Counted from the stretch's first letter, positions 1-10,774 are shown. The stretch is 64,000 nt of DNA from an uncultured Bacilli bacterium (GCA_947589535.1 CANQAS010000002.1:4119-68118), one strand, 5' to 3'. Program-made: numbers and translations. The notes: a model not told the origin generated them from the sequence alone.

Positions 1-1191
1 GTAGGATACAACAGGGTATTTGGTTACTACATAGAAGTATCTAAAGGAAATAGTAAGCAAGTTAAAGAAGAATTTGGCTGGGAAAGAAAGCAAACGCTTG
101 CTAATAACGAAAGGTTTATTACTCCAGAATTAAAGGAAAAAGAATCTATGATTCTAGGTGCAGAGGAAAAGATAATTAACTTAGAATATGCTTTATTTAC
201 GGATATAAGAAGTAAGGTAAAAGAAGTTATACCAACTATTCAGCTTACGTCTAAAATGATTGCTAAATTAGATGTTATGCAATCATTTGCAACCGTTACT
301 GAAAATAATAATTATGTAAGACCGGTTTTAAATGATAATAAAGAAGTTAGAATAATAGATGGTAGACATCCTGTAGTAGAAAAAGTTTTAAATGGTGAAT
401 TTGTTTCTAATGATATTATATTTGATGAGGGATGTTATTTAAAACTTATTACTGGGCCTAATATGGCTGGTAAATCTACTTATATGAGACAAATGGCTAA
501 TATAGTTATAATGGCTCAAATAGGATGTTTTGTGCCTGCTAAAGAAGCTTATTTACCTGTTTTTGATAAGATATTTACTCGTATTGGAGCTTCGGATGAT
601 TTAGTTTCTGGAGAATCTACTTTTATGGTAGAGATGATGGAAGCTAATAAGGCAATAGAAGGTGCCACCGAAAAGAGTTTAATATTATTTGATGAGTTGG
701 GGCGTGGTACCGCAACATATGATGGTATGAGTCTTGCTCAAGCAATAATTGAATATATTCATGATAATATTAAGGCAATTACTTTATTTTCAACCCACTA
801 TCATGAATTAACATCATTGGCAGAACACAAAAAACACATCAAGAACGTACATGTATCTGCCTATGAAGAAAATGGTAATATAACTTTCCTTCATAAAATA
901 AAAGACGGAAGCGTTGATAAAAGTTATGGTATTCACGTTGCTAAGCTTGCCAACTTGCCAGATGTTTTAATTAAAAGAGCAGATGAAATATTAAAAAGTT
1001 ATGAAAAAGATAATCATAATCATGAAGTAGTTAGTCAAATTAGTATGAATTTTGAAGAAACTATTGCTCATGATAATAAATATGATATAATTAAAAAGAG
1101 ATTGGAAGAGATAAATCCACTTGATATTTCTCCAATGGAAGCTTTAAACGTTTTATATGAATTAAAAGAAGAGATGAATAAAAAGGATTAG
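1..1191 (+). CDS. mutS: DNA mismatch repair protein MutS, C-terminal ~2/3; the 5' end lies outside the window
   Basis: Frame 1 is open from nt 1 and begins ...[14 protein letters not shown]. Walker [14 protein letters not shown] and a DELGRGT / STHYHEL ATPase core follow. The ORF-track start at 148 is an internal Met. Confidence 0.9.
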   Translation, partial: VGYNRVFGYYIEVSKGNSKQVKEEFGWERKQTLANNERFITPELKEKESMILGAEEKIINLEYALFTDIRSKVKEVIPTIQLTSKMIAKLDVMQSFATVTENNNYVRPVLNDNKEVRIIDGRHPVVEKVLNGEFVSNDIIFDEGCYLKLITGPNMAGKSTYMRQMANIVIMAQIGCFVPAKEAYLPVFDKIFTRIGASDDLVSGESTFMVEMMEANKAIEGATEKSLILFDELGRGTATYDGMSLAQAIIEYIHDNIKAITLFSTHYHELTSLAEHKKHIKNVHVSAYEENGNITFLHKIKDGSVDKSYGIHVAKLANLPDVLIKRADEILKSYEKDNHNHEVVSQISMNFEETIAHDNKYDIIKKRLEEINPLDISPMEALNVLYELKEEMNKKD

Positions 1192-2073
1192 GTGATAAAC
1201 ATGAACGAAGAAGAACAAAGACCAAAGGATATTAAAATTCCTATAAAAGCAATAGTAGAACAAGCGATGACTACTAATGGTGCTAAATATGAAGAAGATG
1301 AATTTAATTTACTTAGAAAATATTTCATTGCGTGTTTAAATCTAGGGTATATGCAACCAAAAGATTTAGTACCTATGGTTAATAAGTTTGCAAGTAAAGT
1401 AAAATTTATCGTACTAAATTATAATAATGTTAATAAAATGGATTATTATGTGATTAGTAATGGGGTTTTATACATTAATGGAGCTTTAAAAGATACTAAT
1501 GATGCTTTTTATCAAATAAATTTTTATAAGGCTGTTAGTGAAACTATCTTTGGTATGCATGATAGTCATATTGGACTTGCAAATGCGTTAACGAATATGA
1601 CTGCTGAAAAAATATATAATATGGATGTTAATGCTTCTAGAATAGTTATGCCTAAGACTGACAATGAAATGTTATTTAATAATGTACAAATACAAGTTCG
1701 TTCTGGTTATATGAACTATAATTTAATTATATCTTTATTAAAGCAATTCTTTATTTGTAAAGGTATAAATGAAAATAGGGTAATTCATGATATGTATTTT
1801 GAAGGGTACGATACAGTAATAGCAAGAGTACTTCCAAATGATAGTAATACTAATTTATTATTGCAAGTACTTGATAATTTAACTATTATGTACATTCAAA
1901 GAAAAGTAATGAATAAACCTAGTGATAAAGAAAAAGAGTTACTTGATAAATATCAAATAATAGTAAATGATATGTTTACAAAAATGGATCAGAATTATTT
2001 TGCTTTTTGTGCATTAGTAACAACTGATGAATTAAGACAAAAATGCATGAAGAAATTTGACAGTAATTTATAG
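1192..2073 (+). CDS. hypothetical protein, 293 aa; not MutL
   Basis: Long ORF starting immediately after the mutS stop. No recognisable motif and no GHKL ATPase signature. Confidence 0.5.
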   Translation: MINMNEEEQRPKDIKIPIKAIVEQAMTTNGAKYEEDEFNLLRKYFIACLNLGYMQPKDLVPMVNKFASKVKFIVLNYNNVNKMDYYVISNGVLYINGALKDTNDAFYQINFYKAVSETIFGMHDSHIGLANALTNMTAEKIYNMDVNASRIVMPKTDNEMLFNNVQIQVRSGYMNYNLIISLLKQFFICKGINENRVIHDMYFEGYDTVIARVLPNDSNTNLLLQVLDNLTIMYIQRKVMNKPSDKEKELLDKYQIIVNDMFTKMDQNYFAFCALVTTDELRQKCMKKFDSNL

Positions 2074-2089
2074 AAGTTAGGTGATATAA

Positions 2090-2488
2090 ATGAATCGAAA
2101 TGAAGCAAGGGTAGTTATAATGACTATTTTGTATCAAATATTTATGTATCAAAAAAATGGCATTGAATATAATGTCGATGAAGTTATAAAAGAAAATCTT
2201 GAAATTGATAATGAATTTGTTAAAGAAATGTCAAAAGGCGTATTAGAAAAGAAAGATAAATTATTTGACATTGCAAATAGTAATTTAAAAGATTGGAAAA
2301 TGGATCGTTTAGGATTAACCGATCAAGCAATATTATCACTTGGAATATATGAACTTTTGTACACTGATACGCCAGAAGTTGTAGCGATAAATGAAGCTGT
2401 TGAATTGGCTAAGAAATATTCAGATGAAAAAGTTAAAAACATGATAAATGGTGTGCTTGATAAAATATATCATGAAAAAATCGCATAA
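2090..2488 (+). CDS. nusB: transcription antitermination factor NusB
   Basis: 132 aa. The typical NusB segment ...DRLGLTDQAILSLGIYELLY...INEAVELAKKY is present. Confidence 0.8.
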   Translation: MNRNEARVVIMTILYQIFMYQKNGIEYNVDEVIKENLEIDNEFVKEMSKGVLEKKDKLFDIANSNLKDWKMDRLGLTDQAILSLGIYELLYTDTPEVVAINEAVELAKKYSDEKVKNMINGVLDKIYHEKIA

Positions 2489-2569
2489 GAAGTACTATGA
2501 TAGCATTTTCTGTTTTAAAAAAATTAAAGGTATGATATAATAATCTCATTTGAAGGAGCTGAAAAGCAG

Positions 2570-3130
2570 ATGAAATTTGTAGTAAATTATGATGTTTTGA
2601 AAAAGATATATCAAAGTAAAAATGGCTATGGAATTGAAAGATATTTAATAGGGGGATTATGCGGAGTTGCTACTGGTATGTCATTATGCATACCTTCCTG
2701 GATTAATTCTGTTCAAAATGGTGAAAATGTAATTCCAAATGTGATTTTATCAGGTACTGGTGGGGTTATAACGGTAATTTTAGCTTCCAAATATTTTCAA
2801 AAACTTAATATGGAATCAGCAAAACAAGTTGCTGATTTTCAACTTAGACTGTTTGTAAATCAATTACATAATATTGAAGTTAGAACTTCTTTAGAATTAT
2901 TAAAAGATGCTAAACTAAATCAAACTAATTATAAAAGAGTATATAGTGATAATGATATTAAAATACCAAAACTAATGCAAATTAAAGAGATTACTGTTCC
3001 TCTTACTAATGGTTATGAAGAAACAATATTGCAAGAACACATATTCGGTGATAAAGATTATAAAATATCGGTAGGAGAACTAGGTAAAAAAAGAGAAACT
3101 AAACTTGTCAAAGCAAGGATGAACGCATAA
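2570..3130 (+). CDS. hypothetical protein with a central hydrophobic segment
   Basis: 186-aa ORF. An RBS-like GAAGGAG sits 8 nt upstream of the ATG. Confidence 0.45.
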   Translation: MKFVVNYDVLKKIYQSKNGYGIERYLIGGLCGVATGMSLCIPSWINSVQNGENVIPNVILSGTGGVITVILASKYFQKLNMESAKQVADFQLRLFVNQLHNIEVRTSLELLKDAKLNQTNYKRVYSDNDIKIPKLMQIKEITVPLTNGYEETILQEHIFGDKDYKISVGELGKKRETKLVKARMNA

Positions 3131-3132
3131 AA

Positions 3133-3166
3133 AGTGCAAGAAGCATCAACATCTTGTACTTTTTTA
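3133..3166 (+). terminator. Rho-independent terminator
   Basis: Imperfect hairpin GTGCAAGAAG-catcaa-CATCTTGTAC followed by TTTTTT. Confidence 0.5.
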
Positions 3167-3405
3167 ATTTTTTTATTTTATCTTAGAAAATTTTAAAAGT
3201 TTTATCTGATGATAAATATCAGAAAATTTAATAATGGGTTAGTTATTCATTTTATCTTAATATAATAGAAAGACGGCATATCCATGAAAATTGAAAGATA
3301 AAAAAACGTACTTACCCAACGGACTGTACGCTTTTTACTTAGATGTGATTAAGAAAAACTACTAATCTTAAGTTATGTGCTATTACTAATTAAATTACAT
3401 AAATA

Positions 3406-4182
3406 TTATTTTTTTAATATATCTAAAACGTGGCTTGAAGCACCTAAAAGTTCGGGTCTTTCACATATAGAAAGATGATATTTGATATAAGTATCAAAAG
3501 TTTTACTATCCATTTTATTAATTATTTTCCTTATATAATCAGAAGCTCCATCTTGAGAGAGTATCTTTATCCTTTTAAGTTCTGCTAAATTATTAAATCT
3601 ATTTATATCTTCTAACCTTACCATGCTATAAAGATCTGTTTTTTTTGGAGTAATATGAAAATTTTCATCTATTTCATTATTTTTTATAGCATCCATTATA
3701 TTATTATCTTTAAAACCATGTGTAATTATTGCATATTCATTCATATAATAACTAACTAATATAACCCCATCATCTTTTAAAATTCTTTTAGCTTCTTTAA
3801 GAGCTTTTAATTTATCATTCTCATTTATTAAATGATATAATGGTCCAAATAAAAGTACCATATCAAAGGAATTGTCTTTGAATGAAGAAAGATTAGTTGC
3901 ATTACCTAAAAAGGCTTTTACAGGGCTTTTTTTTGCCTTTAATGTCATTAGATTATGCTTTATTAGTTCTACAGCAGTAACATCATATCCTTCATTTGCA
4001 AGAGCTACTGAATAAGCACCAGTACCTGCTCCTATATCTATAATTTTAGGTTCTTTAAAGTTATTTAGGTAATGATGAATGTATTTCATCGCGGTTATAA
4101 ATTCAACCATACCATGTCTATGTGTTAATCTTTTATCTTCGTTAAATTTATTATAATAATTAATTAAATTTTTTTCATTCAT
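3406..4182 (-). CDS. class I SAM-dependent methyltransferase
   Basis: SAM-binding motif IIDIGAGTGAYSVALA. The ORF track begins at a TTG at 4227. An ATG at 4182 (MNEKNL...) with a GGTGA RBS is the more likely start. Confidence 0.75.
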   Translation of the reverse strand: MNEKNLINYYNKFNEDKRLTHRHGMVEFITAMKYIHHYLNNFKEPKIIDIGAGTGAYSVALANEGYDVTAVELIKHNLMTLKAKKSPVKAFLGNATNLSSFKDNSFDMVLLFGPLYHLINENDKLKALKEAKRILKDDGVILVSYYMNEYAIITHGFKDNNIMDAIKNNEIDENFHITPKKTDLYSMVRLEDINRFNNLAELKRIKILSQDGASDYIRKIINKMDSKTFDTYIKYHLSICERPELLGASSHVLDILKK

Positions 4183-4239
4183 GTTTATCACCAATAATAT
4201 AATACCTTTATTTTTAAAATAAGACAAATAAAAAAAGGA

Positions 4240-5166
4240 TTATTTCCTTCTTCTAAGCACATTTATGTTTTTACCAATAGTTGCGGTAACTATATTATTT
4301 TCTGGTGTAAGTATTATTTTTGATTTCTCACCATCGTTATCAAAAGCATGGTTTGGAAGACTATCATTAAAGGTTAACTTTATATTTTCACCTGATAAAG
4401 TTATAACATTATTTTTGTATCTTGAAAAATCAATATCATTTTTCATATAATCTCTAAATATTAAAGCAATTAGCTTAGAATCTAAATTTTTAACTAAAAG
4501 TAATTCTAATTTATTATCATCTAATTTAGCATTTGGAAATAAATCAACCCCACCAAATCCATTTGAATTAGTAATAGCGCCTAATATACAATCTGTTTGA
4601 CCTTTATTTCCATCTACATCAAACGAAATATTATATATAGGTGGTTTATTCATTAAACTAGGTATAGCATATGCAACATAACCAAAATGATGTAAATTCT
4701 TTTTAAACCAAGGTGATGTAACATAAGGAATATAAGATAAAAATCCAAATGCCGATACGTAAGATGCGGTTTCGTTATTTATCAGCATAGAATTTAAACT
4801 AACTTTTTCACCGTTAACAATATCATCTGTTATTAAAAATGGATCATTATACCTTACGTTATAGTTTTTTGCCATATCGTTTGTTGTACCAGTTGGTATG
4901 TGTGAGTATAATCCTTTTTGGTTAATTTTGTTAAAAGCACTATAACTTTCTGATACAGTACCATCACCTCCAAGAGTTAATATAAGTGCATCTTTTTCAT
5001 CATGCTCTTCAATTAATTTTTTTAAATGTCCTTCATATTCACTTTTATAAAATTCCGTTTTAATCTCATATCTTTTATTAGCGCGCATTATACCAGTTAG
5101 CATCTCTTTTTTAAAGTTAGTAGCTATTGGGTTATAAATTACTTTACATTTTTTAATATTTTCCAT
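4240..5166 (-). CDS. diacylglycerol kinase family lipid kinase (DagK/YegS-like)
   Basis: GGDGT motif (LTLGGDGTVSE). The likely start is MENIKKCKVIYNP with an AGGAG RBS; the ORF-track start at 5217 is further upstream. Confidence 0.75.
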   Translation of the reverse strand: MENIKKCKVIYNPIATNFKKEMLTGIMRANKRYEIKTEFYKSEYEGHLKKLIEEHDEKDALILTLGGDGTVSESYSAFNKINQKGLYSHIPTGTTNDMAKNYNVRYNDPFLITDDIVNGEKVSLNSMLINNETASYVSAFGFLSYIPYVTSPWFKKNLHHFGYVAYAIPSLMNKPPIYNISFDVDGNKGQTDCILGAITNSNGFGGVDLFPNAKLDDNKLELLLVKNLDSKLIALIFRDYMKNDIDFSRYKNNVITLSGENIKLTFNDSLPNHAFDNDGEKSKIILTPENNIVTATIGKNINVLRRRK

Positions 5167-5291
5167 AAATTTAACTCCTAATGACATATATAATAGCATA
5201 ATTTTAAAAAAATACAATTATTTTATATTAAAAATGTTGCATATTATTATAAAAACATTTATAATAACATTACTTAAAAGGAGGTTTTAAG

Positions 5292-6464
5292 TTGTTTAAG
5301 TATTTTAATAGAGAATCAAATGAAATGAAATATACTGTTCCATATAAGGAAAGATTGAAAAAAAGAACTAAAGAAATATGTCAGGGAATCAATTGTACTG
5401 AAGAGGATATGATAAATCTTGAGACTTTGGCAAGAATGTCTGTACCAGAAGAAAAACTCAAAATAGAATCTGTAAAAAGAATATCCAAATATTCAGCGGA
5501 TTATGAAGAATTTATAAGAGCAAGATTTTTTAGAGGATTATCCCCAGAGGAATTCGAAAATGATGAAAGTATAATGTTAGAATTTAATTTTATTAAATCT
5601 CAAGTAAAAAAAGACTTTATGAATAAAACGGAAAAGTATTTTAGTTACATGGTTCCTATGGTTGATGAAACTTTTGAAGAATACGCTAAGAGGGTATTTG
5701 AGACGATTAATAATAAAAAATCTAAAGAATATGATAATATAGAAGACTATTATCTAATTAGCAATAAGGATTTGTTAAATCTTTTATCTTTTGATTTCGA
5801 AAAACCAAAAATTATTAATGAAGAATTAGTAGATTTATATGCACTTAAAAATGCAATCTGTGAAGAGGAACTTTTGTTAACAATTTTTAAAAAATATCAA
5901 GAACAAATAAAACATGTATATTTACAATTAACAATGGACAAAAGCATTGCCGTTTTACTTGTATACGGTTATAATTTAATGCATACTAAAGATATATATG
6001 ATTCATTTCTTAAAAACAAGAGTATAATTTATTCAAAATTTAATAATACATATGAGAAAATCAATGAGTTAAAAAAAGAAATTAAAGATGATGGTAATAA
6101 AACAGCAGATCATAATATAGAATTTTTATATAAAGATTATGAAGAGTTACCTATGCGTGAAAAGATGGTTAAACCTATTTATAATCCTGGTAAGTATGCT
6201 ACTTTTTATGCGACAGCTGATCAAATGCAAGAATATTTAGATTGTAAGGTAATGTCAAGACAATTTGCAGATTCTATTTTAAATCATGGTATAAAAGATT
6301 TTTCTGATGCATTATCTTATACACTTGAGTGTTATGCTGATACTGAAGATGAAAATTCTATAAGACATGCTATAAATGGTGTTGCTAAAGAGTTAAGAAG
6401 AAAAGATAATAAAATTTCAAATAAAAAAATCAAAGACATCGAAAAAGTATTAAAAAGTATCTAA
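5292..6464 (+). CDS. hypothetical protein, 390 aa
   Basis: Long ORF with no recognised motif. A terminator hairpin overlaps the stop (6455-6480). Confidence 0.45.
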   Translation: MFKYFNRESNEMKYTVPYKERLKKRTKEICQGINCTEEDMINLETLARMSVPEEKLKIESVKRISKYSADYEEFIRARFFRGLSPEEFENDESIMLEFNFIKSQVKKDFMNKTEKYFSYMVPMVDETFEEYAKRVFETINNKKSKEYDNIEDYYLISNKDLLNLLSFDFEKPKIINEELVDLYALKNAICEEELLLTIFKKYQEQIKHVYLQLTMDKSIAVLLVYGYNLMHTKDIYDSFLKNKSIIYSKFNNTYEKINELKKEIKDDGNKTADHNIEFLYKDYEELPMREKMVKPIYNPGKYATFYATADQMQEYLDCKVMSRQFADSILNHGIKDFSDALSYTLECYADTEDENSIRHAINGVAKELRRKDNKISNKKIKDIEKVLKSI

Positions 6465-6488
6465 TATGATACTTTTTTTGTTTATTAA

Positions 6489-6517
6489 TTGCACCTTATT
6501 AAGAAAAATGGTACAAT
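6489..6517 (+). promoter_or_regulatory. sigma-A-type promoter for xseAB (TTGCAC-17-TGgTACAAT)
   Basis: -35 and extended -10 hexamers with a 17-nt spacer, about 20 nt upstream of the xseA RBS. Confidence 0.5.
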
Positions 6518-6534
6518 AGAATTATAAAAAATAG

Positions 6535-7812
6535 GTGAAAGATATGGATGATAAATATTTAAGTGTAACAGCCCTTACTAGATACATTAAATATAAAATT
6601 GATAATGATAAAAACTTACAAGAAGTGTATTTAAAAGGGGAAATATCTAATTTTAAAGCACATACTCGTGGGCATTACTATTTTACTATTAAAGATGAAA
6701 ATTCTCGGATAAACGCCATTATGTTTAGTTTTAATGCATCCAAACTTAAATTCATGCCAGAAGATGGGATGAAGATATTAGTAAAGGGTAAAATAAGTGT
6801 TTTTGAATCAACTGGTAATTATCAAATATACGTAGAAGAAATGCTTGAGGATGGTGTTGGTAATTTACACATTGCTTTTGAACAGCTAAAGAAAAAATTA
6901 GGAGAAGAAGGCTTATTTGATTCAAAATATAAAAAAGAAATACCAAAAATTCCCATGAGGATAGGTATTATTACAGCATCAACCGGAGCGGCAATTAAAG
7001 ATATTTTATCTACCATTAAAAGAAGGTTTCCTATTTGTAAAACGATTCTATTTCCATGTTTAGTTCAAGGAGAACTTGCTAAAGACGATATCGTAAAAAA
7101 ACTAGATATTGCAGATAATTATGATTTAGATGTAATAATACTTGGACGTGGTGGTGGATCAATTGAAGATTTATGGCCATTTAATGAAGAAATTGTTGCA
7201 CGTAAGGTATTTTCTTGTAAAACTCCGATAATAAGTGGAGTAGGGCATCAAATAGATTTTACGATATGTGATTTTGTTTCTGATGTAAGAGCAGAAACGC
7301 CAACTGGAGCAGCAGAAAGAGCAGTTCCAAAGTTATCTGATTTATTACTAGAAATAAGTAACTATGAATCAAGATATACTAATAGTATTAAAAGGATACT
7401 TGAAACCAATAAATTAAGACTTAAAAAATTATCTGAAAGTTATGTTCTTAAAAATCCACTTGGTTTATATGAAATAAAAGAACAAAAGCTTGATAATATA
7501 ATCGATAAATTAAATACCAGTATGAATACTATTATATATACTAATAAATCTAAATTAGAAATTATAGAAAATAGCATTATATTTAAAGAACCAAGTATTT
7601 TGTATGATAATAAGTTAAAAAAGACCAATCATTTGATTGAAAAATTAGAAATACTTAATCCTTTAAACGCATTAAAAAGAGGCTACTCAGTAACTAAAAA
7701 AAATGGTAAATGTATATCTAGCATAAAAGATATAAAAGTTAATGATACAATTGATGTTAATGTAAAGGATGGAAATATAAAGGCTAAAGTAATGGAGGTT
7801 AATAATGGCTAA
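6535..7812 (+). CDS. xseA: exodeoxyribonuclease VII large subunit
   Basis: OB-fold N-terminus (ISNFKAHTRGHYYFTIKDENSRINAIMF) and overall XseA architecture. Overlaps xseB by 8 nt. Confidence 0.9.
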   Translation: MKDMDDKYLSVTALTRYIKYKIDNDKNLQEVYLKGEISNFKAHTRGHYYFTIKDENSRINAIMFSFNASKLKFMPEDGMKILVKGKISVFESTGNYQIYVEEMLEDGVGNLHIAFEQLKKKLGEEGLFDSKYKKEIPKIPMRIGIITASTGAAIKDILSTIKRRFPICKTILFPCLVQGELAKDDIVKKLDIADNYDLDVIILGRGGGSIEDLWPFNEEIVARKVFSCKTPIISGVGHQIDFTICDFVSDVRAETPTGAAERAVPKLSDLLLEISNYESRYTNSIKRILETNKLRLKKLSESYVLKNPLGLYEIKEQKLDNIIDKLNTSMNTIIYTNKSKLEIIENSIIFKEPSILYDNKLKKTNHLIEKLEILNPLNALKRGYSVTKKNGKCISSIKDIKVNDTIDVNVKDGNIKAKVMEVNNG

Positions 7813-8029
7813 AGAAGAAGCAAAATTCGAAGATAAGTTAAATGAGCTTGAAAAAATGGTAAGTGAATTAGAAAGTGGAGACGTTGACTTAGAGGATGCA
7901 ATAAAAAAATACACTACTGCTATGAAACTTGCAAAAGAATGTTCAGAAAAACTAAAAAATGCCGAAGAAAGTGTAAATAAAATATTAATGGAAAATGGTA
8001 AAGAAGAAGACTTTAATGTTGAAGAATAA
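7805..8029 (+). CDS. xseB: exodeoxyribonuclease VII small subunit
   Basis: 74 aa; LEDAIKKYTTAMKLAKECSEKL is typical XseB. Translationally coupled to xseA. Confidence 0.85.
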   Translation: MAKEEAKFEDKLNELEKMVSELESGDVDLEDAIKKYTTAMKLAKECSEKLKNAEESVNKILMENGKEEDFNVEE

Positions 8030-8173
8030 TTATAATATTGAACCACGTATAAGATAATCTGTGTTTTAGAGAGCTAAAATACATTATGTATATAAATATG
8101 TGGATTTAGAGTTAGAGAAAACAGATATTAAAAATGATTACTTAAAAAAAATATAAATAATTAGGAGGAATAT

Positions 8174-9076
8174 ATGACATTAGTAATTATGGCTGCCGGA
8201 ATGGGTTCTAGATTCGGCGGATTAAAACAAGTAGAACCAGTAGGACCAAACGGGGAATTTATTTTAGATTATTCCATATATGATGCAATTAAAGCTGGTT
8301 ATAATAAAGTGGTATTTATAATTAAAGAAGAAAATTACGATTTATTTAGAGAAACGATTGGAAAAAGAATTGAATCTAAAATAAAGGTTGAATATGCATT
8401 TCAAAGGATAGAAGACGTACCATCTGGTGTTAAAATTCCTGAAGGAAGAGTAAAACCATGGGGAACTTCACACGCTATACTATCCGCGAAAAATTATGTA
8501 AATGAACCATTTTCTATAATAAATGCTGACGATTTTTATGGCCTTGATCCTTATGTAAAAACAAAAGAATACTTTGATAAAGTAACGGATAGTAATGAAT
8601 ATGCTATGGTAGGATATAACGTAATAAATACCATGAGCGAAAATGGTTCTGTTAAAAGAGGAATTTGTAAGAAGGACGATAATGGCAATCTAACTAGTTT
8701 AGTTGAATCTAGCATAGAAAAAAAAGATGGTAAGATAATAGCAACATCGTTAGAAGATGAAAACAATGTATTTGAAATCAATGAAAATGATTTAGTATCA
8801 ATGAATTTCTTTTGCTTTAAACCTTCTTTATTTAATTATTTAGAAGAAGAAATGGTAGAATTTTTTGAAAATCATAAAAATGATTTAGATAAATGTGAAT
8901 TCTTAATACCAACTAGTGTTTTTAAAATAATTAATGAAGGTAAAGTAAACGTTAAAGTATTAGATACGAATGAAAAATGGTATGGTGTAACTTATAAAGA
9001 AGATAAAAAAGACTTAGTTGATGCAATTAACCGTATGATAGACGAAGGAAAATATCCTAAAAATTTATGGGATTAA
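8174..9076 (+). CDS. sugar-phosphate nucleotidyltransferase family protein
   Basis: N-terminal MAAGMGSRFGG nucleotide-binding loop. Confidence 0.65.
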   Translation: MTLVIMAAGMGSRFGGLKQVEPVGPNGEFILDYSIYDAIKAGYNKVVFIIKEENYDLFRETIGKRIESKIKVEYAFQRIEDVPSGVKIPEGRVKPWGTSHAILSAKNYVNEPFSIINADDFYGLDPYVKTKEYFDKVTDSNEYAMVGYNVINTMSENGSVKRGICKKDDNGNLTSLVESSIEKKDGKIIATSLEDENNVFEINENDLVSMNFFCFKPSLFNYLEEEMVEFFENHKNDLDKCEFLIPTSVFKIINEGKVNVKVLDTNEKWYGVTYKEDKKDLVDAINRMIDEGKYPKNLWD

Positions 9077-9168
9077 TTTCCTTTTTTATTACCATTTTTT
9101 ATCACTTATTATTAAAAAAAATATAGTCATAATAATAATGTAATTCGGATTACAAAAGGAGCATAAAA

Positions 9169-10158
9169 ATGTTTTTTAAAAAAATTAAAAGTTTTATAGC
9201 AATTATTTTAGTTGCTACATTTATTATGCCACAAACTTTGCTTGCTTATTCTGATTATATAATAGCAGGTGGAGAAAACATCGGACTTCAAATTAATAAT
9301 AATGGAGTTATAATAGCAGGTTTTTATAAAGTAGGTGATATATCTCCAGGAACTGATGCTAATTTAAAAGCCGGTGATACCATAGTTAAAGTAGATAATT
9401 ATGATGTTAAAACAATAGATGATTTTATAACATCTATAAAAAATAGTAATCAAAAAAGTTTAAAAATCACTTATAAAAGAAATAATAAAAGTAGTGATAC
9501 AACTTTAAATTTAGTCAATGAGGATGATACTTTAAAAACAGGACTTTATGTTAAAGATATGGTGTCAGGAATAGGAACTCTTACGTTTATTGACCCCAAA
9601 ACTAAGTTATATGGTGCGCTAGGACATGAAGTAATTGAAGGAACAAGCGGTATTATGTTAAACGTAAAAGATGGTAAAATTTATGATTCGAATGTTAATA
9701 GTATAGATAAATCTACCAGAGGAGAACCTGGTGCTAAAAATGCTAATGTAAATTCAAATGATGTATTTGGTGACATAAAAGAAAATACTACATCAGGAAT
9801 ATTTGGTAACTATACAAAAGAAATAAATAAAAATAAACTATATAAAGTAGCAGAATATGAAGATATAAAATTAGGTAAGGCTAAAATCATAACCGTATTA
9901 AAAGATAATATAAAAAAGGAATATGAAATAAACATAATTAAAGTAACTAATGATGATAATAGTAATAAGAATATATTATTTGAGGTAACAGATGATAGTT
10001 TAGTTGAAAAAACTGGAGGAATTGTTCAAGGAATGAGTGGATCTCCTATAATTCAAGGAGATAATATAATAGGTGCAGTAACAAACGTAATAGTTAATAA
10101 TCCTAAAAGAGGATATGGAATATTAATTACAACGATGCTTAAAGAAGCTGAAAATTAG
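9169..10158 (+). CDS. spoIVB: SpoIVB-type sporulation serine peptidase (S55), 329 aa
   Basis: Signal peptide. PDZ-like GDTIVKVDNYDVKTIDDF. S55 catalytic region GALGHEV...GMSGSPIIQGDNIIGAVT. Confidence 0.7.
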   Translation: MFFKKIKSFIAIILVATFIMPQTLLAYSDYIIAGGENIGLQINNNGVIIAGFYKVGDISPGTDANLKAGDTIVKVDNYDVKTIDDFITSIKNSNQKSLKITYKRNNKSSDTTLNLVNEDDTLKTGLYVKDMVSGIGTLTFIDPKTKLYGALGHEVIEGTSGIMLNVKDGKIYDSNVNSIDKSTRGEPGAKNANVNSNDVFGDIKENTTSGIFGNYTKEINKNKLYKVAEYEDIKLGKAKIITVLKDNIKKEYEINIIKVTNDDNSNKNILFEVTDDSLVEKTGGIVQGMSGSPIIQGDNIIGAVTNVIVNNPKRGYGILITTMLKEAEN

Positions 10159-10188
10159 GAACTAAAAGTTCCTTTTTTTCATATAAAA

Positions 10189-10590
10189 TTAAAATGGTTC
10201 TGTTTCTGCTATTGAAAGATTTTTATTTCGATAGTTTTTAAATACAATATATAAACCAATAATAGCGGATATTATTGCAAATATCGAAGTTTCTATTTGA
10301 AGAAGTAAATCATTTTCATCGTCGTCGTGATTTTCTTTAGCTATACCATATTGCTTATAATTCACATATAAAAAACACGCAGCAATTATAAATACTAAAA
10401 TAGTTTGAAAAAGTGCTAAATTTTGTGCTTCTTTCTCACTAAATAATCTTCCTTTTTTCTCTAAAGATAATTTCTTATCATACGATAGTGAAAAAGATAT
10501 TATCAGTGTTATAATAAATCCTACAGTTGCTACCATTTGAAGATCTAAAAATTTTATTTTTTGATTATTTGTTTTTTCCTCGTTTGTCAT
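10189..10590 (-). CDS. hypothetical membrane protein (3-4 TM)
   Basis: 133-aa ORF with hydrophobic helices and an acidic DDDEND loop. Confidence 0.45.
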   Translation of the reverse strand: MTNEEKTNNQKIKFLDLQMVATVGFIITLIISFSLSYDKKLSLEKKGRLFSEKEAQNLALFQTILVFIIAACFLYVNYKQYGIAKENHDDDENDLLLQIETSIFAIISAIIGLYIVFKNYRNKNLSIAETEPF

Positions 10591-10630
10591 AATATATTAT
10601 ATTTAATAAAAAAAAGAATACAACAGTATT

Positions 10631-10774
10631 CTAATTATTATACATAATAGGAGATAGTATTGCTATTATAGCAGATCCAACCATCGCAAGTAATGCGAAC
10701 CATACTAAAACTTTACTCCAATTTATTCTGAATTTTTTCTTTTTCTTCTTACTTTCATTAATATTTTTAGACAT
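10631..10774 (-). CDS. small (47 aa) lysine-rich single-TM protein; absent from the ORF track
   Basis: MSKNINESKKKKKKFRINWSKVLVWFALLAMVGSAIIAILSPIMYNN. Preceded by a strong RBS AAGAGGTG, 8 nt from the ATG. Confidence 0.35.
   Translation of the reverse strand: MSKNINESKKKKKKFRINWSKVLVWFALLAMVGSAIIAILSPIMYNN

Noticed and set aside
1192-2073. MutL candidate downstream of mutS
   Set aside because: No GHKL ATPase (ELVENSxDA / GxGxG) motifs, and the ORF is only 293 aa.
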